Source of the DNA: Micavibrio aeruginosavorus
Lineage (GTDB): Bacteria > Pseudomonadota > Alphaproteobacteria > Micavibrionales > Micavibrionaceae
DNA: 32,000 nt
Reading direction: 5' to 3'
Assembly (NCBI RefSeq): GCF_051245535.1
Contig: NZ_CP195303.1
Span: forward strand, 64,656-96,655
A model generated the notes under the pieces. That model was not told the DNA's origin and did not search any database. It was given only the letters and a program-made list of their open reading frames with translations. This document shows positions 19,401-25,267 of this stretch, one piece after another. The position numbers and the translations under genes are program-made. The first letter of the stretch is position 1, and every line of letters starts with the position of its first letter.

Positions 19401-20138
19401 ATGGTAGTTGATATCATTGGATACATGTCAAGATGCACAGCACCAACAAGAGGCCATCGCACAGCTAGCGCTGCGGCCGACTGCCCCGCATGTGGTGGCC
19501 GCTCTCGCGGCTACGGCGGTTATAGGTCGCACTCGTCTCCATCCTATTCGTCGCCCTACTCCTCCTCGGAGAGCAGCTGGGGAGGTCGGAGCAGTGGTGG
19601 TGGGTCAACGGGCGGTAGCGCAAAGCCACGGTGGTCGCGATCCGGTTCGTCCGTAGCGTATACGCCCACCGAGGTATTAGCGCTCACCCCAATCCGCAAC
19701 AGCGTCGAGAGCCTAGCGAAGCAGCCTGATCTTCGGGACGTCTTCCTATGCCATGCGTGGGATGACCGACAAGGGGCCGCTAAGGAGCTTCATGATCTTC
19801 TAGAATCAATTGGAGTCCGGGTCTGGTTCAGCGAGAAGGATGTTGGACTTGGCGTACCATTGCTCCGTGCCATCGATAAGGGCTTAGCAAACTCGAAAGT
19901 AGGAATTGTGCTGGTGACTCCTGCGCTACTGCGTCGCCTTCCAACAGAGGGAATTGCTGATAAGGAGCTTTCGGCACTCCTCGCTGGTGAGCGGCTTGTT
20001 CCCATCGTGCACAACACCACCTATGAAGCTCTCCGTGAAGAAAGCCCCCTGCTTGCCTCGCGAAGCGGACTTAGCACTGCAGAAAACACGATGGCACAGG
20101 TTGCGGCTAAGATCGCCGAGCTGGTCTCTGTAGGATAA
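19401..20138 (+). CDS. TIR-domain protein with a Cys-pair / Ser-Gly-Tyr-rich N-terminal region
   Basis: The C-terminal ~140 aa are DVFLCHAWDDRQGAAKELHDLLESIGVRVWFSEKDVGLGVPLLRAIDKGLANSKVGIVLVTPALLRRL...KELSALL...LVPIVHN. This matches the bacterial TIR_2 pattern ((F/L)xSHxxxD, VW(Y/F)(D/S)E, GxSLxxxIxxGLxxS, and the conserved Glu in xELxxL). The N-terminus has C..(14)..CPAC followed by GYGGYRSHSSPSYSSPYSSSESSWGGRSSGGGSTGG. Start is ambiguous: TTG 19389, ATG 19401 or ATG 19425. Confidence 0.8.
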   Translation: MVVDIIGYMSRCTAPTRGHRTASAAADCPACGGRSRGYGGYRSHSSPSYSSPYSSSESSWGGRSSGGGSTGGSAKPRWSRSGSSVAYTPTEVLALTPIRNSVESLAKQPDLRDVFLCHAWDDRQGAAKELHDLLESIGVRVWFSEKDVGLGVPLLRAIDKGLANSKVGIVLVTPALLRRLPTEGIADKELSALLAGERLVPIVHNTTYEALREESPLLASRSGLSTAENTMAQVAAKIAELVSVG

Positions 20139-20196
20139 AAAACGACATTCAGCGCAGAGGATTCAATAGAGCCTGATGGTAACTAATGATCAGTTT

Positions 20197-21015
20197 TTAA
20201 GCTCTTTCCTTGATTTCAAGGCCATATTTATTAGGTAAGCGCGCCGCCTCCTTAAGAACAATCTTTTTACCTGAGTTTTTCAGTAAGTCCGCGATCTGCT
20301 GTTTATATTCTTCAGGCATCAGGCATCCCAAAATAATCGACTTAAGAGAGCCCTCGGGAATCTCAAGTAGGCTGTTCTTCACAATTAGCATCTGATCTGC
20401 AGGTAATTTGGTCGTGTTTTCGAGAGCAATTAACCTGAATTCATCTTCATATGCCCAATGATTAGATTTTGTCGTAAGGATTTTTACGTTCGCTTCTGCG
20501 GAGTCGTCAGTTAATTGGAACGGTGGGTAGTCTTTGTTATATTCCACTTTAAGAGCCGCGCAAAAAACTGGATTTTTTACATCGAACTCTAAACAAAGAC
20601 CCGTATGTTTTGCGGCGTAATGCCCCCACATTAAAGCATTGTCATTCTTTGTGGTTAAGCAGCGCACTCGATATTGACTGCAAATGTCCTCAAATAAACC
20701 ATCTGAAAACTTCTTCATAAATCCTTTTAGCTTTTCGGGATCTTTATCTAGCTGAGAGATAGCATCTTCTATGTTTATTTGGCCGTTAGGTCGTGCCTTT
20801 TTATAGGCAGTTGTGTAATAGCTTATTACTGCTTTTCGTATTTCAGGATCATCTACATCAGAGAAAAAATGAGGTCGGCAGTCCCAAGGATCATTGAAAC
20901 CGACAGGATTAGATAGAAATATAAGGTTGCTTAAAACTGTTTGTTTTAAGTATTCGAATATGTAGGGTTGGTAACTATATAATGACCCTATTTTTAATTC
21001 TGCAGCAGTTTGCAT
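20197..21015 (-). CDS. DUF2971 family protein
   Basis: The N-terminal LYSY...L.Q.VLSNLIFLSNPVGFNDPWD, the central ALMWGHYAAKHTGLCLEFD and then KSNHWAYEDEFRLI are the three blocks I associate with DUF2971. The gene is AT-rich. Confidence 0.75.
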   Translation of the reverse strand: MQTAAELKIGSLYSYQPYIFEYLKQTVLSNLIFLSNPVGFNDPWDCRPHFFSDVDDPEIRKAVISYYTTAYKKARPNGQINIEDAISQLDKDPEKLKGFMKKFSDGLFEDICSQYRVRCLTTKNDNALMWGHYAAKHTGLCLEFDVKNPVFCAALKVEYNKDYPPFQLTDDSAEANVKILTTKSNHWAYEDEFRLIALENTTKLPADQMLIVKNSLLEIPEGSLKSIILGCLMPEEYKQQIADLLKNSGKKIVLKEAARLPNKYGLEIKERA

Positions 21016-21101
21016 TATTTAATCTTTTTATAAATTGGGGCGTAACCCAGCCATATTTAGTTTTAAGAAAGATTTTGAGGCATCAACTTTATCAACGCAA
21101 G

Positions 21102-21302
21102 CTATAGGCCTTCGCGCTTTTTATATGCTTCAACCTCTTCTTGGATTTGAAGCGTGAAAGTTTTAAGCGGATCAGTGGCGCGTTTAATTTCTTCTGGTGT
21201 TAGTCCATCGCTTGCCAGCTTTTTCTGTATGTCTGCAATCCGCTGGTTCTGTCCATCTAATCGATCCAAAGATATTTTGTATTCGGTACTATTTTTGATC
21301 AT
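21102..21302 (-). CDS. Small helical protein (66 aa), third gene of the TA operon
   Basis: Its ATG (21302-21300) overlaps the TGA (21301-21299) of the GNAT gene as ATGA. MIKNSTEYKISLDRLDGQNQRIADIQKKL... resembles the N-terminal helical leader seen in some HTH-type antitoxins, but there is no HTH. Confidence 0.5.
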   Translation of the reverse strand: MIKNSTEYKISLDRLDGQNQRIADIQKKLASDGLTPEEIKRATDPLKTFTLQIQEEVEAYKKREGL

Positions 21303-21802
21303 TTCAAGGCCTCACGCACACTAGCTAAAGGTAGGCAAAGTGTCATGGGCTGGATTGGCGACTCTAAGAAGCCGCGTGACAGATAAAATCTTTTTGCTTC
21401 GTCGGAAAGCGCGTGCACAAGCAAAGCTGCCACGCCAGCAATCTCACCGGCCTTTACACTGCGAAATACAGCGTCTTGCAAAAGCGCTTTGCCTAATCCT
21501 TGGTTTTGATAAGCCTTATCAATCGCCAGTCGTCCCATGATCATAACGGGGATCGGATTGGGCATATTGCGACCGAGCTTCTTGGGGGCTTCTTGTATTG
21601 CAACTGCGCCTGTCGATAGACAATAGTAGCCGACCACACGCTTGCCTTCGCATACTACATATGTTCTGGAAGCCGATGCTTTCTCATTTTTAAGCGCACG
21701 CTTTTGCAGCCACTCATCCAGTGAGGTGACACCAGAATTGAAAGACGCAAGATCATGTTCAGCCTCAATCGGAGCTGGAGCGGTTAGAGATTGAAGGCTC
21801 AT
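21299..21802 (-). CDS. GNAT-family acetyltransferase toxin (TacT/KacT/AtaT-like)
   Basis: HDLASFNSGVTSLDEWLQKRALKNE...RTYVV...VVGYYCLSTGAV...PNPIPVMIMGRLAIDKAYQNQGLGKALLQDA...ALLVHALSDEAKRFYLSRGF is the canonical pattern of DUF1778-associated GNAT toxins. It abuts the upstream antitoxin gene. Confidence 0.9.
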   Translation of the reverse strand: MSLQSLTAPAPIEAEHDLASFNSGVTSLDEWLQKRALKNEKASASRTYVVCEGKRVVGYYCLSTGAVAIQEAPKKLGRNMPNPIPVMIMGRLAIDKAYQNQGLGKALLQDAVFRSVKAGEIAGVAALLVHALSDEAKRFYLSRGFLESPIQPMTLCLPLASVREALK

Positions 21803-22083
21803 TATTTATCCCAGGGCGATTTCTCATTTAAAAAGCGACGCAGTCGATCATTCGATTCTGACGGTGCATCCAGCATAGCCTGAAATTTAGCAAAAGCATC
21901 AGCTTCAAGCGCAAAGAAAGTTTGATCAAGCAATACGTCTTCTGCCTTACTGCACGCAGCTTCCAACATAAAGTCGGAGCGGCTACGACCTTGGCTCTCT
22001 GCGGCCTGATCTATTAAATCTCGCTGCTTAGCTTTGGCTCTAATGTTAATAGAGACTGCTTCGGTTGTTTGTGCTTGTGACAT
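21802..22083 (-). CDS. DUF1778 (RHH) antitoxin (TacA/KacA-like)
   Basis: MSQAQTTEAVSINIRAKAKQRDLIDQAAESQGRSRSDFMLEAA...DQTFFALEADAFAKFQAMLD matches the typical DUF1778 sequence. An AGGAGA SD lies upstream of ATG 22083. The ORF extends to 22116. Confidence 0.9.
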   Translation of the reverse strand: MSQAQTTEAVSINIRAKAKQRDLIDQAAESQGRSRSDFMLEAACSKAEDVLLDQTFFALEADAFAKFQAMLDAPSESNDRLRRFLNEKSPWDK

Positions 22084-22118
22084 GATAAAATCTCCTTCTA
22101 CATATCCAATATACATTA

Positions 22119-22141
22119 TTGTATAGAAGATTTCTATACAA
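22119..22141. promoter_or_regulatory. Perfect palindromic operator candidate upstream of the TA operon
   Basis: TTGTATAGAA (22119-22128), GAT, TTCTATACAA (22132-22141): 10-bp perfect inverted arms ~36 nt upstream of the antitoxin start. This position is typical of RHH antitoxin autoregulation sites. Confidence 0.6.
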
Positions 22142-22400
22142 ATGTTAAATTTATATTTTTGTACAATTAAATCAGTGGCTTATATTCTTCTCATAGCCTG
22201 GTTGGTGATTTCCTACAAAATGTAGCTCAATGTTCCTGGTCGGAATTTTTCTAAGTGGGCATCGGATACAGAAAAACTGCGAGGGGCGGAGCCGCCCCCA
22301 GGGGGTGGATTGGTTTTTAAGAAGGTGGGTCAGGGGGGCTTCTGTTTCAGTGAGGGAATTTGACGTAAGGCACTAAATGGGGGCTGAATTTTTGAGCAAT

Positions 22401-22437
22401 TACCCCATCAGTTCCCCACGGAGCAGGTTAAAAATCA
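22401..22437 (-). repeat. Right copy of the imperfect inverted repeat (partner at 19168-19199)
   Basis: See 19168-19199. It lies ~110 nt upstream of the integrase start. Confidence 0.5.
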
Positions 22438-22489
22438 TATCATATTGTTATAAATAACAAAAAATAATTAAATCATCAGTATTGCAATC

Positions 22490-22519
22490 TGTTGTGCTCT
22501 GTTGTAGCGTGTTGTGATC
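22490..22519 (+). promoter_or_regulatory. Three helically phased TGTTGT direct repeats upstream of the integrase gene (possible arm-type / regulatory sites)
   Basis: TGTTGTGCTC-TGTTGTAGCG-TGTTGTGATC, with an exact 10-bp period, 27 nt upstream of the integrase ATG. Confidence 0.35.
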
Positions 22520-22545
22520 AACCAAAAACACACAGGGGCAGAGCT

Positions 22546-23643
22546 ATGGCTTCTATCGAACAGCGTGTCACCAAGGATGGCGTGACCACATACCGCGTTA
22601 AAGTAAAGCTGCGGGGGCATCCCACAGAAACGGCGACCTTTAAGAGCAAGACGCACGCAAAAAATTGGGGGCAGCAAATTGAGGCTGCAATTCGGGAAGG
22701 GCGGCACTTCAAAACCTCTAAAGCCAAAAAGCATACCCTGGCCGATGCGATTGATCGCTATCACAAAGAAGTACTGGTGCATAAGAAGAGCAATACCTTC
22801 AACCAGGCGCATTACCTGAAATACTGGCGGCAGGAGCTGGGCGCATACAGCATGTTCGATGTAACTTCTTCTTTGATCGTCGAGAAGCGCAATGCTCTTG
22901 TAGGGCAGAAAAACCGCTATGGGCGGGAAATCGGTGCAACAACGGCTAACCGCTATACTCAGGCGCTGGGGCATGTCTTCACCATTGCTATGAACGAATG
23001 GGAATGGGTCGAGACAAACCCTGTCCGTAAAGTTTCTAAGTACAAGGAATCCAGGGGGCGTGTGCGGTTCCTTGATGATGATGAGCGCCAGCGCCTGCTG
23101 CAAGCATGCCGTGAAAGCGATAACCCTCACCTGTATAAAATCGTTGTTCTGGCTCTCAGCACTGGAGCCAGAAAGATGGAAGTGATTGGTCTAAAATGGC
23201 AGGACATTGATTTGGAACGCAAGCTGATCGTGCTGCATGAAACTAAGAACGGGGAGCGGCGTGTTCTGCCGTTGCAAGGCTATGCGCTTTCGCTTATCCA
23301 GGAGCACGCAAAGGCTAAGACGCTAGGTTGCGAGTATGTCTTCCCCAGCAGCAAAGTGATCCGTGATAAAACTGGCGGCAAGGCGCTATATCAGCCTATC
23401 GATATTCGTACCGCCTGGGAAAACGCTCTGACCAAAGCGAAGATTGAGGATTTCAGATTCCATGACCTACGCCACTCTGCGGCTTCATACCTTGCAATGA
23501 ATGGTGCAAGCCTTGCTGAGATTGCCGAAGTCCTGGGACATAAAACACTTCAGATGGTCAAGCGCTATGCGCACTTGTCTGAGGCACACACCTCCACCGT
23601 CGTTGCCAGCATGAATGAGAAGATTTTTGGGAGTGTGCAGTGA
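22546..23643 (+). CDS. int: Tyrosine site-specific integrase
   Basis: The C-terminal catalytic region is ...LALSTGARKMEV...FHDLRHSAASYLAMNGASLAEIAEVLGHKTLQMVKRYAHL (R, HxxR, H and Y residues). The N-terminal arm-type domain is MASIEQRVTKDGVTTYRVKVKLRG. A GGGGCAGAG SD-like motif lies upstream of ATG 22546; the ORF opens at 22492. Confidence 0.9.
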   Translation: MASIEQRVTKDGVTTYRVKVKLRGHPTETATFKSKTHAKNWGQQIEAAIREGRHFKTSKAKKHTLADAIDRYHKEVLVHKKSNTFNQAHYLKYWRQELGAYSMFDVTSSLIVEKRNALVGQKNRYGREIGATTANRYTQALGHVFTIAMNEWEWVETNPVRKVSKYKESRGRVRFLDDDERQRLLQACRESDNPHLYKIVVLALSTGARKMEVIGLKWQDIDLERKLIVLHETKNGERRVLPLQGYALSLIQEHAKAKTLGCEYVFPSSKVIRDKTGGKALYQPIDIRTAWENALTKAKIEDFRFHDLRHSAASYLAMNGASLAEIAEVLGHKTLQMVKRYAHLSEAHTSTVVASMNEKIFGSVQ

Positions 23644-24287
23644 AAACCAAAGAAGAGCATGCGGAGATGATGGCTGATAATTTTAATACCCTCATGAGCC
23701 AATACGAAATGCACGAAATTGACGCTACTGAGACCGTCTTACTTGGGTTGCAGGTATTAAAGAGGTACCTAGAAAGTAGCCACTATATGTACCAAACCCC
23801 ATATTTTAAAATCGTGAGTTTATGCGAAGCTGCTGAAAAAACTGGTAGGAAGTCACGATATAAAACGCTAGATAAATATTTTCTTCAAGGTTGTTTGATT
23901 GAAGGTATCAATAAGTTTTCCGCAAGAAGAATCAAAAGCGAAGCTATTTATAATTTTATAAATGACTACTTGGGAATAGATCGATCAGAATCTGTAAGAT
24001 CCCTCAAGATATTTAAACAATGGTACTATAGTCCAGGTGAAAATCAAGAAGCAGCAGAATTTTCTGAAGAGTGTTGTCATTGGATTGTCGAATTTCTAGC
24101 TTCTCTTAAAAGTAGGGAGGTGCCAAATCAAAAAGAATATCCTGAGGCGCACAACGGATTCATAGATTTAAAAGAATCATGTGAAAAAAATTACGAAGAT
24201 AATAAAAAAATGGCATATTCAGCTCGCCGCATGCGGCCATTTGAGAATGATCTTGAACCGACATTTTCCTATCAAAAGGCAGATTAA
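23640..24287 (+). CDS. Hypothetical protein (215 aa), AT-rich orphan
   Basis: ORF-track entry. GTG 23640 overlaps the integrase TGA (GTGA); alternative ATGs are at 23667/23670. No family recognised. Confidence 0.5.
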   Translation: MKTKEEHAEMMADNFNTLMSQYEMHEIDATETVLLGLQVLKRYLESSHYMYQTPYFKIVSLCEAAEKTGRKSRYKTLDKYFLQGCLIEGINKFSARRIKSEAIYNFINDYLGIDRSESVRSLKIFKQWYYSPGENQEAAEFSEECCHWIVEFLASLKSREVPNQKEYPEAHNGFIDLKESCEKNYEDNKKMAYSARRMRPFENDLEPTFSYQKAD

Positions 24288-24391
24288 GAGAATGGTGAAG
24301 AAAAATTTCACCAGATTTTCTGGGTAGCCTTTGCTTTTCTTACATCACAGCCGGCAATTAAAGGCCGCATTTTGTAAGAAAGGACAAGCAA

Positions 24392-24649
24392 ATGGTAATT
24401 AATAATCTAAAAGGTTTTATATCTGACGGTGATGCAACGCCGGACCAGGATAAAAATTTTTCTTTCCTAACTGTCAAACAGTTCTCAAAGAAACATCCTG
24501 CCTTTCCAGAGGGCGGCATTCGCCACCTCATATTTTACGAAAAAACAAATGGATTCAATCGGGTTATTCGTCGTGTTGGGCGAAGAGTTCTGCTTGATGA
24601 AAATGCCTTTTTTCGCTGGGTCGAAGAAAAGAACACCATTCCTCAGTAA
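24392..24649 (+). CDS. Excisionase/AlpA-like helix-turn-helix DNA-binding protein
   Basis: FLTVKQFSKKHPAFPEGGIRHLIFYEKTNGFNRVIRRVGRRVLLDENAFFRWVEE follows the pattern of MerR-superfamily HTH_17/excisionase proteins ((L/M)T(V/I)xE(A/F)...S...(I/V)xxxxxxG.(L/F)P..(K/R)(I/V)GRR(V/I)L(F/I)....(L/F)..(W/F)(L/I)). A GAAAGGA SD lies upstream. Confidence 0.6.
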   Translation: MVINNLKGFISDGDATPDQDKNFSFLTVKQFSKKHPAFPEGGIRHLIFYEKTNGFNRVIRRVGRRVLLDENAFFRWVEEKNTIPQ

Positions 24650-24699
24650 TCCCCTTAAAAGAAAAGGCCGCTTTGCAGAGCGGCCAGAAGGATAATGCT

Positions 24700-24966
24700 A
24701 TGCGCTATTTTAACAAACTGGATCCCCTAGAGCAAGACGCAGCTACAGATGCGTTGGCAATGCTTAAAAGCAAATACGATATAGGCGAGCAAGAGTATGC
24801 GGCTCATCTGGAAATTTTTGCTCAGGTTTTGCTTCAGATGAGGCGTATACCGCCAGAGTGCGGCCCCGGTACGATGGAGCTTGATTACTCATGTCATGGA
24901 TCGCGCTATTTCATGGAATGGGCTGTCTATGAAAGAACCAAGCAGTTTAGGCACGGAAGAGCCTAA
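24700..24966 (+). CDS. Hypothetical protein (~88 aa)
   Basis: ORF 24673-24966. ATG 24700 is preceded by a GAAGGA SD. The stop lies 1 nt before the next gene's ATG. No family recognised. Confidence 0.4.
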   Translation: MRYFNKLDPLEQDAATDALAMLKSKYDIGEQEYAAHLEIFAQVLLQMRRIPPECGPGTMELDYSCHGSRYFMEWAVYERTKQFRHGRA

Positions 24967-24967
24967 A

Positions 24968-25267
24968 ATGAGCTTCTTCCAAATCGTTAACCAGGCCGCG
25001 CTATGGGCACTGCCCGACATACTCAATAGATGGCTTCCTGGCGGAAAACGCCAGGGAGATGAGTATGTGGTCAAAAATCCCATGCGGGCTGACGACCGAC
25101 CAGGTTCTTTCTCAATAAATCTCAGAACGGGGAAGTGGGCCGATTTTGCAACAGGAGATAGGGGCGGCGACATTATAAGCCTAGCCGCTTATCTATCCGG
25201 GAAAAGCCAAATCGAAGCTGCTCGATCCCTCGCCAAAATGTTAGGAGTTTCAGATGTCAAACGATAA
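24968..25267 (+). CDS. Primase N-terminal (zinc-ribbon-like, Cys-less) domain protein
   Basis: From ATG 24968: ...WLPGGKRQGDEYVVKNPMRADDRPGSFSINLRTGKWADFATGDRGGDIISLAAYL. This resembles the N-terminal module of P4-alpha/plasmid primases (NP.R.D..(A/P)GSF.(I/V)N..TG.W.DFA.G..GGD(V/I)I(S/D)L). It overlaps the next gene by 14 nt. Confidence 0.6.
   Translation: MSFFQIVNQAALWALPDILNRWLPGGKRQGDEYVVKNPMRADDRPGSFSINLRTGKWADFATGDRGGDIISLAAYLSGKSQIEAARSLAKMLGVSDVKR

Noticed and set aside
19214-19411. 65-aa plus-strand ORF and 91-aa minus-strand ORF (19072-19347) in the AT-rich stretch after tRNA-fMet
   Set aside because: The minus ORF overlaps the tRNA gene and its terminator. The plus ORF has low-complexity, hydrophobic, AT-driven composition and no RBS. 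I treated both as non-coding island-junction DNA.
19401-21015. Is this a Thoeris system (ThsB TIR plus ThsA)?
   Set aside because: No SIR2, Macro or SLOG-domain ThsA-like gene is present anywhere in the window. DUF2971 does not resemble ThsA, so calling it Thoeris is unsupported.
22200-22400. G-run-rich ~200-bp non-coding stretch between the TA operon and the right inverted repeat, considered as a possible ncRNA (retron msr/msd-like, tmRNA fragment)
   Set aside because: There is no reverse transcriptase nearby. Only short, weak stems were found (e.g. ATGGGG/CCCCAT), with no recognisable conserved RNA motif. The evidence is insufficient without covariance-model searches.
22468-23130. 220-aa minus-strand ORF antisense to the integrase gene
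   Set aside because: It overlaps the 5' half of a gene with clear tyrosine-recombinase motifs, and its translation shows no recognisable features.
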